Assembly (NCBI RefSeq): GCF_018977255.1
Contig: NW_024705562.1
Span: 1 to 34,460 of the forward strand
Length of the DNA stretch: 34,460 bases
Direction of reading: 5' to 3'
Source of the DNA: Callorhinchus milii
Taxonomy: Eukaryota
Shown one piece after another: positions 18,936 to 32,000 of this stretch. The notes under the pieces are model-generated. The model made no database searches. It was not told where the DNA came from and saw nothing but the letters and a program-made list of their open reading frames with translations. Position numbers and translations under genes: made by a program. Each line of letters opens with the position of its first letter. Position 1 is the first letter of the stretch.

Positions 18936-19173
18936 CTCGGTCAGAGTGGGGGCAGATTTGTGATTGACAGAAATTATAACTAGAAATAAACTCTAATACT
19001 CAAAAAAAAATCGTTGAAATGAAGAAGGATTCATCTTTAAAAGTTCAGGCTTTTAAGTGCAGCAGGTGACTCAACGTTTGGTGAAAATCACGTGATAAAA
19101 GTGAACAGCAAGTCATTTTAAATTGTAATAACAATGAGAGCCAGTGGCCATTTTCTTTTTTAAAAGAGTTGCT

Positions 19174-19245
19174 CTCCCCGACGGGGAATTGAACCCCGGT
19201 CTCCCGCGTGACAGGCGGGGATACTAACCACTATACTATCGAGGA
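19174..19245 (-). tRNA. tRNA-Asp(GTC)
   Basis: Identical to the canonical A-type gene. Confidence 0.95.
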
Positions 19246-19483
19246 CTCGCTCAGAATGAGGCTGATTGTAGATTGACTGATATTATAACAAGTAGAAATG
19301 AACCCATATACTCGGCATATTACCGATTGAAATGAAGAGGGGTTTATCTTTAAAAGTTCAAGCTGGTTAGAGCAGCAGGTTACCTAACGATTAGGGAAAA
19401 TCACGTGATTAAAGAGCAAGTCCTTTCAAATAGTAATAACAATAAGGAGAGCCAGAGGTCAAAACATTTTTAAAAGAGTAGTT

Positions 19484-19555
19484 CTCCCCGACGGGGAATT
19501 GAACCCTGGTCTCCCGCGTTCCATGTGGGGAAACTAACGACGTTACTATCGAGGA
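19484..19555 (-). pseudogene. tRNA-Asp-derived pseudogene, class C (GGA)
   Basis: Matches class C consensus. Confidence 0.8.
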
Positions 19556-19790
19556 CTCGGTCAGAGTGGGGCTAATTTCGTGATTGACAGCAATTATAAC
19601 AAAAAAACTCATATTCTCAGTAAATAATAGCTTGAAATGAAGAAGGATTCATCTTTAAAAGTTCAGGCTTTTGAGTGCAGCAGGTGAGTCGACGTTTGGT
19701 GAAATTAACGTGATAAAAGGGAACAGCAAGTGATTTTAAATTGTAATAACAATGAGAGCCAGTGGCCATTTCATTTTAAAAAGAGTTGCT

Positions 19791-19862
19791 CTCCCCGACG
19801 GGGAATTGAACCCCGGTCTCCCGCGTGACAGGCGGGGATACTAACCACTATACTATCGAGGA
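19791..19862 (-). tRNA. tRNA-Asp(GTC)
   Basis: Identical to the canonical A-type gene. Confidence 0.95.
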
Positions 19863-20100
19863 CTCGCTCAGAATGCGACTGATTCTAGATTGACTGATAT
19901 TATAACAAGTAGAAATGAACCCATATACTCGGCATATTACCGATTGAAATGAAGAGGGGTTTATCTTTAAAAGTTCAAGCTGGTTAGAGCAGCAGGTTAC
20001 CTAACGATTAGGGAAAATCACGTGATTAAAGTCAAGAGCAAGTCCTTTTAAATTGTAATAACAATGAGAGCCAGTGGCCATTTTTTAAAAAAGAGTTGCT

Positions 20101-20172
20101 CTTCCCGACGGGGAATTGAACCCTGGTCTCCCGCGTTACATGTGGGGAACCTAACGACTTTACTATCGGGGA
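20101..20172 (-). pseudogene. tRNA-Asp-derived pseudogene, class B (GTA)
   Basis: Matches class B consensus; Helitron copy 2 inserted 71 bp upstream. Confidence 0.8.
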
Positions 20173-20251
20173 CTCGGTCAGAGTGGGGCAGATTTGTGAT
20201 TGACAGAAATTATAACTAGAAATAAACTCTAATACTCAATAAACTAGCAGT

Positions 20252-20274
20252 CGCCGCCCGCTTCGCGGGCGGTG
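20252..20274 (-). terminator. Helitron 3' subterminal hairpin, copy 2
   Basis: Same hairpin as 11558-11580. Confidence 0.9.
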
Positions 20275-20432
20275 TGTATATGCTTGGTTGGTGGGGAGTT
20301 GAAAGTGGCTGGACACAATAGATATGTTTTGGTGATTGTTTTATGTTTATTTTTGTGAGGTTATATGTATTTTTATGAGATGCTCAATCGACAATATTAA
20401 AGAATGCAACTTATTCAAATATAGAATGCAAC

Positions 20433-20857
20433 CTATTGAAATATATGGCGATACAGGATATTCTTCGTGTACACTCCGTCTTCCTCCTCGTCGTCAGGTC
20501 CCTCAATAAGCGCCTTGATGTTGGATCTTGCCGTGACTCGCGATAGTGCCACGTACAGTTGGCCGTGCGAGAAGCATGGCGTTGGTAGATATAATCCCAG
20601 GTTGTGAACAGTTTGCCCTTGCGCCTTGTTGATGGTCATCGCGAAGGCTGGGACAATGGGGAACTGTTTGCGCCGAAGTCGAAATGGGAAGTCCTTCGTG
20701 TCCAATTCGCGGCGGATATGGTTGTTCTCAAGCAGCGAGTCCAAGACCAAGTGTGGGTACTCGGAAAGCTGCGGGAGGTCGTCAAAGTCCGACAGAGCCA
20801 TCCCACCTGCCGTGAGAAACTCGTGGAGGCTGTGAAGGGTCTTGAACTTTACCATTT
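20433..20857 (-). pseudogene. Helitron RepHel remnant (PIF1-type helicase C-terminus), copy 2
   Basis: AMTINKAQGQT / FSHGQLYVALSRV motifs; identical to copy 1. Confidence 0.9.
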
Positions 20858-20867
20858 GTTTTATTTT

Positions 20868-21093
20868 CTTTGATGCTGCTAATCCTGCATAATGCACGGG
20901 TATAAGTAGTACTAATCAAATACCTGCATTTCCCATATCCCCTCCCTTTGATGCTGCTAATCCTGCATAATGCACGGGCATAATTAGTACTAATCACAGA
21001 CCTGCATTTCCCATATCCCCTGCCTTTGATGCTGCTAATCCTGCATAATGCACGGGCATAAGTAGTACTAATCACATACCTACATTTCCCATA
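20868..21093. repeat. 78-bp tandem repeat, ~2.9 copies, copy 2
   Basis: Same as 12174-12399. Confidence 0.95.
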
Positions 21094-21226
21094 AATATGC
21101 TAAATTCCTCTTGATATGCAAATTATTTTGTCAAGGCGCCCTTTTCCCCCCTTCCAACCCAGCTTATATATATGCTCCAAGAACGTGTGCTGTTTCATTC
21201 AGACGCTGTCGCCTCGACAGACCTGG

Positions 21227-21275
21227 TTTTCACCTGAGGACGGCTGCTTGCGTTGTGGCCAAAACGTCGTGAGAA
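21227..21275 (+). ncRNA. Minimal type I hammerhead-ribozyme-like motif (G12A variant), copy 2
   Basis: Identical to 12533-12581. Confidence 0.65.
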
Positions 21276-21359
21276 ATATTTTATTATGTTTTATTATTAT
21301 TATTTTATTACTTCCCTTCTACGTGACTTTACCGAAAGAACCAAGAAGATTTACCATTT

Positions 21360-21512
21360 CTTCTTTGTTGGTCAGCTGGCGGTACTGGTACGCAGAATGG
21401 TAGCGAAGAGTTGACGAAGCTGGTACGGCATCTGAAAGAGCGAGTGTTTTTCCAGACACGCAATCCATTCGCGATCGCTCTCAAGGTAGCCTGCTCGCAT
21501 GGCTGCTTCCAG
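21360..21512 (-). pseudogene. Helitron RepHel remnant (post-Rep region), copy 2
   Basis: LEAAMRAGYLESDREW...QLRQLFATIL; identical to copy 1. Confidence 0.85.
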
Positions 21513-23026
21513 CGGTTTGTTTTGTTTTATTTTATTCGTAACGCACCATCCATATGCGCTCCACCATCCACCATGCCTTGCATCGCAAAGACACATCTCC
21601 GGTGTGCGTCAGCGTGTGCGCCATCCACAGTGACATTGGTCAGCAATTGCACCGTTCCGATCGCACACAGGTTGGCCCCTGCATCCACCGTCTGTATGTA
21701 CACACACAGACAGATGCGCTATGGGGCCAACAATTGTTTTCTTATATTAAAATGTATTTTGTTGGTGTTTTTACGTTTACGTATTCCCATTGTGGGTGTT
21801 TTACGCATGCATCAGATTTTTGGGTTCCTCACATATGGTATCAGAGGTGTGGGTCACTCCATTTCTCAATCGAACAATAACGGAGATCGTTTCAGTTATG
21901 ACAGCTTGCAGATAGAAACATTGCATGATCGTATACTAATAATGACAGAATTTGTACCCCAGTGGAGGGCATCCCCCACCCGGCGCTTCTTACCGGTACT
22001 GTGAGACTTAGAAATCCAGACCTCTCCTCCTCCTGAACCGTTCACAATACCCTGTGGTAGTACCATAATCATCTCAATAAAGCGATCACTTTCCAATGGC
22101 CATTTTGATCCCGGGAGTTACCCGGGTGGTGTCACACTGTACTCATTGTTTTAGCATGTCGCAAATTCCGATATGGCTTGTGCAACGGCCAGAGAGTGAC
22201 AGCGGCGGGGGCCGGGCTGCAACCTTTGTAGACCGTTTATTACATTTCAAAGTGCATGGGATTGTGACTCCAAAACATGATAAATGTACAGTAACGCCAA
22301 CTGCATCCGTGCCAAACATGATACGCGGACACATGCTGCATATTATGCAACACATGCCCTTACCAGCAGCAGCATGCACAACATCTGAATTGCACAACCG
22401 AAGTAGACAGCAAGCCGTCCATGGAGACGTGATCAACGTCAATACATAATAATGGTAATAAGCCGGATAAACCGAAAAGTACCCATTGTACCCATCAAAC
22501 AGTCAGCTGGGTTGCCCCATGGGGGTATTGACCCATGGGCGAAACTGTAGGGGTGCGCTACGCAACTGGCCGTGGTCCTGGCAGGTGAAGCTGCCAGCTC
22601 AGTCCGCTAAGACTTACTGTATAGCGACCCCTGCCTACTCGTAAGGTAAAGTTGTTTGGGGACTCCACTAATCGCAGCACGCAGCACCCATTTTTTACAT
22701 AAATAAACGTAATATTAGCGTAACTACCATTCGCACACTTGAATACACACCACACTCACACAGCGCAGGGTCTGCGCCCACAGTGCACTGCAGCACTGCG
22801 GCGCAGACCTTGCCAAACCTATGCTATCGCTCTCTTCCGGGCGTGTTAATTATTTATTTTTTATCGAATCAAAGTGAGCTGAGGCTTTTTGCCGGCTGTT
22901 TTATTTTCATCGAATCAGAGCGAGCTGTTTGGGCGGGTCCGTAAATAAATTAACGTCCAGATACGCACGCAGACGACCAAACCAGCATAGTTGTTTAAGA
23001 TAATCGTTTGAAATGAAGAAGGATTC

Positions 23027-23056
23027 NNNNNNNNNNNNNNNNNNNNNNNNNNNNNN
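23027..23056. other. Gap of 30 N
   Basis: Run of n; the array spacer stops abruptly at 23026. Confidence 0.99.
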
Positions 23057-26000
23057 TTTGGTTACTACCACCGGTCGGACCAGTGGACTACGTAATTACA
23101 ACACGGTCATATCGCGAGGGACATCTAGTATCTGCTTGGGTGTCCAAAACAAGATCGATTAAATGATCAGAGTTTTACATCGGGATGTATGGAGAATCGG
23201 CGAGAGTTCTGATTTGATGCTATCCTTGTACCGTATTGCCGACAAATCGTTAATGCGTGGACCTTAAGAACCAACAAGCGTATAACGGCTGAAATAATAC
23301 GCGCGGAACCATACGTGTTGATGATAACTCCTCTCATCCCTGGGGCTCTTGAAATCACAATCCTCCGTATTCGCTTTCCCCACGGTCGGGGGTCATGTGC
23401 CGACAAAACCAATTTACCTTTCACTATTACAGGCGCCGCTATCCACGGACAGATCGATAGCATCACATACTCAATCTGGAGTAACCACTCCCTGCCCCCG
23501 CTACATCTACGAGTAGTTCGTGCTGATACACCACCTAGACATTGTCTAGTAGTACGGGTCGTCTGCATACTCTGATTAGCTATCCGCAGATTACGGTAGC
23601 ATGAAACGATTCTATTGGGAGTCGTGGGGCTCTCATGATCCCCTGGATGACGATCGGCTAGGAGCGGTCATCGTAATTGACGGGCCGCTGGCATTTCTAG
23701 GGGGGCTCACTTATTCTCTTGCTACTACCTGCGTAGTAGTGGGCCGATATGGTACGGACGGGAGAAGATGACACCCGCAAGAATTTTAGGGAACATAGTT
23801 CCCATGCCTGTTGCGAGATTAACTCATTTCATCTGAGGTCACCTGATGTATAGGGAAGTAGCTCCGCAGTGGCGGACATTGTGGTGAACTGACACATCCA
23901 ACTATCGTGCGACACTTCAGTCCTACACCGACACACCATCCCAAACTGAGGAGGTGTTTCGACCGGTTAGGACCAGCACATCTCAGGTCCTTTTGCAGTA
24001 CTGTAAAATGCTCCACCATCTTCCTGAGGCTCACGCTTTTTTGGGGCCAGTTAGGACATTACCAAGGGAGGAGCAACGACGAAAGATAGAACAAGCGGCA
24101 TTCAACTTCTATCGGACTGCGTTGCATAGGGTTCCGGAACTGTCAGGACCATATCGCAAGTTGACGAAGGTTACCGATCGATTGTTCGCCGGAGTTGACC
24201 AATCCTCCACGTACTTAGGTGGGAGCAGAGACCCATCCTGTTTCTGTATATATTTACCAGCCCGCGCGGCAAGTTACCGACATGGTCGGAGTGTTACTGG
24301 GTAAGATTATTTCGCGCGATTACCTTCATCCCTCGCCAGTCACCAGATTAACACGCGATGCTAGGTGCACCCCAATGTAAGAGCGACCATCCCAATATCC
24401 TGTTTCTTTGTTAAGATGTGGGTAATCGATTATGCTTTTGCCAAACATGTTTTGGAACGAAACCGTTCTGATCCGAACATATAGGGTAAATTCACAACAG
24501 GTGGTTAGCGCATGTCCGTGGGTGAGGGAGTTATGGTCGCAATAGTATGGGTAGACAGGTATCTCCAAAGTGGGCCGGATCCAGTTGAGTGGCAAGTTCC
24601 GAAGGGCCTGACTGGGAAGCAGGACTTGTTAAAAAGGGAGTCAGTGATCAAAACTTGTCGAGGCGCCAATTACCTGAGCCATCCTATCTCCGAAGGCTGA
24701 CTTGAGTAGGGAATCTCGCATTGGTCTCATAATCTGGTCTTCTACGCAGCAGTAGAAAAGGGGGCGGCGGATATCTGAGATATGTTGCTTTTAAGTACAA
24801 CTTAATACAGGGGCAACCCTAAATTTGCGACGTGGGTCGTGTGCGTGGGGTGTCAATCCAGTCCGGTGAAGACCAACGCGAATAAACCGGTGACAGTCGA
24901 TTAATCGTATCCCTCACCCAACGTTCTCACCCGTGGCAGACCGATGCCTGCTTCCAATGCGTTCGAGGCTACGCCAAAAGAAACTGTCTCATAACTGTTT
25001 TGCTCACGGCTAGGTCGGCAGAGCTCGTAGCTCACGGCGCTTCACGATCCTTCTAAGAAGGAGAAGATATAAACCACTAGTTACCATAGATCTCGCAGCC
25101 GTATCTGGCCAAGACTTAAGAGCCTTTTACTACACCTAGTGGAACCTCCTCCCCCACATACTAGAAGTCCGGATATGGGTGCGGGTGATCTCAAGCTTAG
25201 AGGAAGAATTGCTGATTGGCGAGCGCCGAGGTGGACGCATTGGGGAATTCCACACGCGAACCGAATTGTACATTAACCTACAGCTGAGGAGGCCGGTAGC
25301 ACGATGAATGGCCACGGCCGCAAGTATAGCTGATCCTTTAGCAAAGGCCAGCGTCCGCATAATTGGAACATGCATACGGTGTAGTCTTCTTGAGGGGGGA
25401 ATTCAGAGACTTTACGTGCTGTCCATTTGGTGGATCCTGATAAAACCTCCACGCGAAATAATGGAGAAACATGGTCCTATATCATGCTGCCGTTATCCGC
25501 CTTAGTCCGAGCCATCCGCAGCGCGCCCAAGCAGTTCGAGACTCCCTTCGGATCCGAGACCTTAATGAATTGGTTGGGGCACCGTTGCGTAATTGACCCG
25601 AGTCGTTTATCCCGTTCCAGATTATATGCTCTTGCATCCCTCATGGGCTGGAAAGCCCACAGATCCTTTAGTATCAACCTTCTAAATTCCACCACAACGT
25701 TATTTTGGAATGGACTGACCATTGGCACATAGGCCACACGCATTCGTCTCTGTCCATTTATTTCAGAGTACGTCCGCCCCCCCGAGTAGCAACTGAGCGT
25801 TTTCCGTGACAAGCAATAGCAAACGCTTAGCCGTAGTGCTGACGGGTCTGGTTGTCCCGATGGGGTGCGGTTCAAAGCAGATTTTCCTATTTGACGTATG
25901 GCTAAACGGAATCGGCGATTGTTATCATCATCGACAGACGTAGCTTAGAGAGGTCAATCGGATTGATGCTGCACCTGTGGTCGCCTGGTACAGAGTGAGT

Positions 26001-29000
26001 GGACTAAACACCATGGATGTGGTGCGCAAGCCTCCTACTCGCGGTAGCCGAGTGAACTAGGTCCTATCCGGACGCGCGTGTTTTCGAACAGCGACGCGAT
26101 CTGAGTGGAATTGAATGCGAAACGAATGAACGTCGGAAGTTTCATGGCACGAACCCAAGAGTGGTTGGTGAGGGGGTCCATTTACTAATGACTATCACGA
26201 CCGAACACGTGGGCTTCTGTTTAAACTCAGGTCGCTTCAAAACAACCGCTACGAATAGTCCTCGCGCTCGTCCTTGTGGTGCCCCCGAAGTATAGATGCA
26301 CGCGATACCATGTTTTTCCAAGTGACAGGCTCGCTCACCCACTTGCTTACCAATCACTAAGTACCGGAGGTACTCGGGGGGGTAGAATGGTCTGCGCTCA
26401 CTAGGGAGCTCCTGTCTTCTTGGTGCAGGTATCACCCCTAGAAACTGTCCTATTTGTTATTGACTCCGCGTCGGAACACCTGAACCGACCCTAATTACAC
26501 TCAAGAGGGGGCCGGCATGATTGAAAGCCCAAATACGAAATGACATACGTTACCGCCGATGGACCTTTATGTGAACTTCACGTGGGCAATGACGAAGTTA
26601 CGCAGCGTGGCAGGGTATACGGGCATGGCCCTTCTGTTACAGTTGTGCTTATCCAGGCCTACGTAGTATTTTTACGGGGTTAACTTACGTAGGTGATCCA
26701 GGCTGCCCGACAGACGAGTAAGTATTTGACAGACGTAGTAGAGGTTCCGATATCACATTCAAACGGATTGTCGACCACAATGTTGACGACTATATGGTAC
26801 CTTATACCAAATATGCAATAGCGAAGTCGTGAGCGTGCTTGACACGCAATATGACGGTTCTAACTGCTTTATGTCGACGAACTTACCATCGCCCACTCTA
26901 AACCTACGTATTATGTCCTGATGTCTCTTTTACAGGGTCCTTCCAAGCGTCCATACATCATATACCAGCCACAGAGCTAAGTGCCGGACTTATTCCCTGA
27001 GGCCGTCCGATTGCATGGAACCCGCTGACGGAGTGTCTCGGCGTAGGCATCCTTGCGGGCTGAGCTATTCGGGGGCTAGGCAGGAGTCATAGGAGATCTG
27101 CCATGAATCTGTTCGCTAGCTCGAACGCAGGCACTCCTACTGCTCCGAAATAATCTCCAAAGTGATCTAGACGCTTCCCTTCTTGTAAAGTTGTCGAGGG
27201 GGAGTGCGAGGAATAGTGCCCAGCAGCTCGAGAGAGTTCAGCGTTTCATGATCTGAATGCGGGGTACACCCCGATACATGCAAAGACAAGAGGCGTCGCT
27301 TCAACTCCCTTGGCAGTGTCTTTGGCCTCCGCCGACCGCGCGGGCGGACTGTCTTATCCATATACACCTGGTAGTACATAAGCCATTCCCAATCCGTGTC
27401 CGTTATTAAATATCGCGAAGTGTTCAGAACGATGGGGAGAACGGGGAATTAGCGGTTGAGCAATAATAGGGGTGAGGAGGGGCATAAACGTCCTCGCACG
27501 ATAATTTTACTAAGTCCGTGGCTACAGTATAGATATTAGTAATCATAAACGACTGTGGGATTGTAAGTGCTACATGCGCAAATAAATTAGCGTGAATCCT
27601 TAGTTATCTGAAAAAGTTCAAATACCCTGTGGTCCAAGGCCGTCACAAGCTTAGTGGAGCGAGCCATCGCTGCTTTAGGGAGGAAGGAAACCTCGCCCTA
27701 TCGCTGGTCCCACGCGTTGGGCTGTAGTTAATCTACAAAGATGTAAACGAAGAAAAATGAACGGGTGCGCGGACCATGAACGCAGTTGTGTGCTACCGGG
27801 GGATGTAGCACTTTCTAATAGGGGAAATAACGCCAGCGTCCTGTGGTCGACTGCTGAAGAATACTCAATCGTCATGCGAGGCATTCCCTGTTTTAGCCCA
27901 CCGTGGGTCGTGCAACGCGGGAAGTTATCACATAGTTCTGGAGACAACATCCAGCAGTTTCACACAAGTCCGTCGGTGGTGGACTAGAGTGCCGGGTACG
28001 AGTGATGAGACAGCGATCTCGATTCACTGCGCGCTTTGTAGGCTATTAACGTGGTATTGCAGCCGGCAAGCCAGGCCCGGGTGTGTTTAGCACGCGTGCG
28101 TATTTAACCATGACAGATCTGACTGGGAATCGATCGGTTGCACACGCTAGAGTGCAGTCCTAGTCGATATTCTCTGTCCAGCTATTGCAAGAGTTTGTGT
28201 GTCAAGCTAAACGCACGTCCGGGTTATGAATATAATCACATGTGCGACATGTATAATAGTCTATACAATGTTGGTGGCCGAATAGAATTATCGCCCCCGT
28301 GCGCGTTTAACATGTACTTGCATGGTCACCACGGGCCTCTACGTGTTCCAACCACATGGCCCCACTGTAACTAAACCCATTACCCGGCATTCCTGGTCAA
28401 TCCAATCAAGACTCCACGTTACCCTGAGTTAGTGTTCGGTCGACGCAACATGGATGATTTAGTGTAGCACAAGAACGGACCAGCGATGATGAGCTAACAT
28501 TTTCAGGGAGAGCTGAAATATCGGGCTGTTCCATACGATTTACGTCGGGCCAATCTAAGGAGTACGAGTCTCTTGATTCAAGTCTTTCGTACTTTAATTA
28601 ACAGAGCCTAAGGGGAAGACAGCGGCTTCATCTAAGAGGACCGTTTTTTGCACCCTTGGATGCATGTCGGCACGGGTGTGCTCTATGGCTTGAGGCCAGG
28701 GATCAGGGGGACGAGTTCAATATCTCAAGCACATGATGTGGCATATGAACTTATCGTAATTTATATCTCCCACCTCCTGATACTTCTGTGGGGTGGAGAC
28801 CGCCGCGATGAATAGCCGTTATTTTACCGGCAACCAGGGACCCGCGTCTTTCTTTTCTACGAACAAGGTTTACAGTCGCATTGCATTTAGCACAGCAGCG
28901 CTCGTCTGCCGATAACCAGTTTAAGCTGTCAATCTGCAACGCTGTGCAGAGCGCCGATACGATGTCATTTAGACTTAGTCACGTGGTCTCTCCTGACTCA

Positions 29001-32000
29001 GCCCTCCGTATCGAGGAGTGAAGCTACGCAGCCCTACTCCACCCGGCTTCCGACATCGCCAATCAAAGTAGGTTGTCAAGTTGAATTAAGCGCCCTTACG
29101 CCGATATAGGGGCAAATTCGTTAGCTAGAAGTGCGTTAGCAGCATGCTACCGAACTTCAACCACCTCGGATGTAATACTAATCGACGCTACCCGTAAGTT
29201 CCAGATTAAATACTCCCCTCAATCTAACGGTGTATGAGCCCTATCTATCTGGATGGTGCCTTACTATCTCAATAGATCCCCACCTTCGTGTGCTCTTCAG
29301 TATAGCACGCTGGAGTTCCCATCTGAAAGTGAAGACCGATTGCTATACCAAACAATGGGGGACTCCGCGCTGTCAAATTTAGCCCGATAGCATAGGCTCC
29401 TCGCCGCGATGGGCACATACAGCGCTAATGGCCGGGGAGTGGACGCGCATTAATGCGAAAAAGAGGATAGTGGGCCTTACGGGGCCCGCGGCATCTGCGA
29501 GTAGTTAAGACTGACAGCAGATAGTCGCGTAGCCCGTTAATTTGTTTATAACCGGGCTGGTGACTCAGTTCTTTCGGGCCTAAAGAAACCTTGGCAACTT
29601 CGTAAAGCTGAATGTTGATAGTTAAGACGCGCAGTAGCGTTCTGCTTAACAAGCGCGAAGTGTTGTCTGCGCCTAAAAGTATTTTTCAAGCAGACTAAGT
29701 ACCCCTAAGGATAGTACGATCACTGCCTGCAAGCCTAGTGGATAAATGGACTTGCGACGCACTCGCACGGCTTCTCTTGTCACACAACCATCTCTCGCCG
29801 TAACTTTAATTCTAGAGGGATCAACCAGGGGAGCCTGGTGCGGATACGGTAACTGCTAGATACAAGGTTCTCATTATCCCGCGGAGCCGACTCATTTTTG
29901 GCCCCTCGTCTGTCGTTAAGGCTTGGCGATAGCTCGACCTCGACAAATGAAGACATCTCACATGTACGCGACCTGCTACGTCGGGGTTAATTATAGTGAT
30001 AGGACCTGACCAGTTGTGGGGGCCGCGCACGTACTTAGGTACATCTTTCCTAAATTAGGGAACGACGAATAGCGTTCCGTGGGGCGGCTTCTGCCCTAAC
30101 CCTTGTATTGTGGTTGAGGTGATGATGTCGCGCTCCGCATCCAACAAGTCTGTTTGGCGACCCACTTATTAATAGCACTAGCGCAATCTGATCTGATAAC
30201 ACGCTAACCCCCGCTTAAAGGGGATGAATCCTCCTCAGATGGACAACATCAAATCTTCGCGTAGACGAATGTCATAGTACCTCCTGGACCAAGCGCCCGA
30301 TGTCAAATTGCGAGAGTGCCTATCCCAAGCCGGGGGTCGCGACCTTACGGGCATAGCGATTACTATGCTGGCAACTGTGAATTTATGGCGATGATCAAGA
30401 AGTGGATGCGGGTCGAGAAGGGTCGAGCGCCCCTTAAATTTGTGAAAGAAGTGGGAGCGTCATTCATAGTAAAACTCGAGGACAGAGAGCCTAAATCACC
30501 CGACTCGGCATCGATACGAGAAAGTGGGTTGGTCCAGTGTACCGCATGAATCCCGGTACTTGAGGAATTCTTAACATCCACAACGATGAGCGAAAGTTAG
30601 GGAGCCCCTAACGCGGGCGATGGTTGGTTCGTGGCTTTCATATAAGAGGATCGCTCGGTGAAAGTTTTGATCCGCGGGTGTAGTAGCAGTTTCGGGGAAC
30701 CCGTGCCGATGAGTCATTTGCCAACAAGCCCCTACAAGGAGAGTCCTACGCTATACAGCGCACAGACCTATAGCTCCAGCGCGTTAGTATGGCCCCCTAT
30801 CATCGCATACCTTCCGCCACCGTCTGCAATTTGCGATAGTCCACATGCATGTTCATTGCATGGCTAAAGGGAGAAACTAACGTCAGTTTGTATCTTGCAG
30901 GTTTGTCTGTCAACTCACGTATACTCTAGTGGTGCACCGCGTCCTCTCTGGAAAACCGGATCGACTCCATGATTTGCTCTCATCGGTCCCTACCTCGTAA
31001 GGGTATTCGCCAACTACTATGGGCAGCTTCTAAGGCCCAAATTTCGACCATAATATCGTTCTAGGGTGTAGCCTCACGAATCTAAGCAAGGCCTTTCAAT
31101 ACATCCACCACCTGTACCTTTGTATGTAGGTTAATAGAACCACGTTTTGTCATCATACATATTCAATCCACTTCCAGATAAAGTCATAACATATAACGGA
31201 CCAACCTTGCTCCGTCAGTCGTGCAGCTACACTTGTGGATTAAACCACCGATCAAAAACGATAACACAGCGAGCATGTCCTTTGGTTGACTACGAAACGA
31301 CCGGAAGGAAGACACAGTCCAAACTGCACTTTCCCGCATTATGTAATGAAATGCGCTAGGTATGTAAGGCAATCACCACGGTCGTAATCGGCGTAACCGA
31401 CGACAAGGTGAACAATGTTGGTATAACCTACGCAAAAAGGGAGCAATCCGGCAAGTAGGTTTTGGGCCGTCGTTCACAAAATACCACACTCGGTCAGCTT
31501 GGCGGTGTCACACCGGTTCCCCCAGAGACTTAGTTACGAGCGCTGCCCACGATATCAGTTTCTACTAGATACCGGAAGTCGGATGGTGATAGGGTTTCCT
31601 TACCTAGCTACGATGGTACCCAGCGTAATGAGTTCTCCACCTGAATACTTCCGGGACCGATTTCATTCTCAACCAGAGGAGGGTGCTCGATTAGTCCAGA
31701 GACACTGCGGGAAAGGATCTGCCGATGAGGGCGCGCACTCCACTTAAAATCAGCCGTCTGCCATAACTTCATGCTGTGCATACACATGACTGCGTTCCTA
31801 CTCGAGTCTCATTGTCAGCCACATACTCGAGCTTTCCTAACTGAGACCCTCGGACTGGTAAATTTTCCATTAACGATGTCCTCGTGCCCATCATTTGGAG
31901 ACATTTCACAGCACCACGGACATACTTATCCGAGTAACATGTGGGCTGAAGTCTCGTCTTCCGTCATGTCTGTTCAGGGTGGCGCTAACATCGGCGTCCA

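Larger units (their letters stand above)
14308..20243 (-). repeat. Tandem tRNA-Asp gene/pseudogene array, block 2 (19 units between the two Helitrons)
   Basis: Same ~310-bp unit. Order: A(GTT) C A B A B A A(split) B A C A B A B A C A B. Confidence 0.97.
20858..21349 (+). mobile_element. Nested insertion with 10-bp TSD TTTACCATTT, copy 2
   Basis: TSD at 20848-20857 and 21350-21359. Confidence 0.8.
20244..23000 (-). mobile_element. Non-autonomous Helitron, copy 2, 2757 bp
   Basis: Same termini (TC...hairpin-CTAG) and same A|T site as copy 1. The only differences I can see are in the TTA-rich tract near 21286-21305. Confidence 0.95.

Noticed and set aside
228..19612. Short ORFs in the array (228-428, 5099-5281, 9725-9919, 14709-14912, 19409-19612)
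   Set aside because: Chance read-throughs of tRNA plus spacer that depend on homopolymer indels and are not preserved across units.
1..20243. CRISPR array interpretation of the regular repeats
   Set aside because: The conserved element is a 72-nt tRNA and the ~240-bp spacers are themselves repeated; there are no unique spacers and no cas genes.
27441..27450. acggggaatt matching the tRNA T-arm
   Set aside because: A 10-nt match with no flanking similarity; expected by chance in 11 kb.
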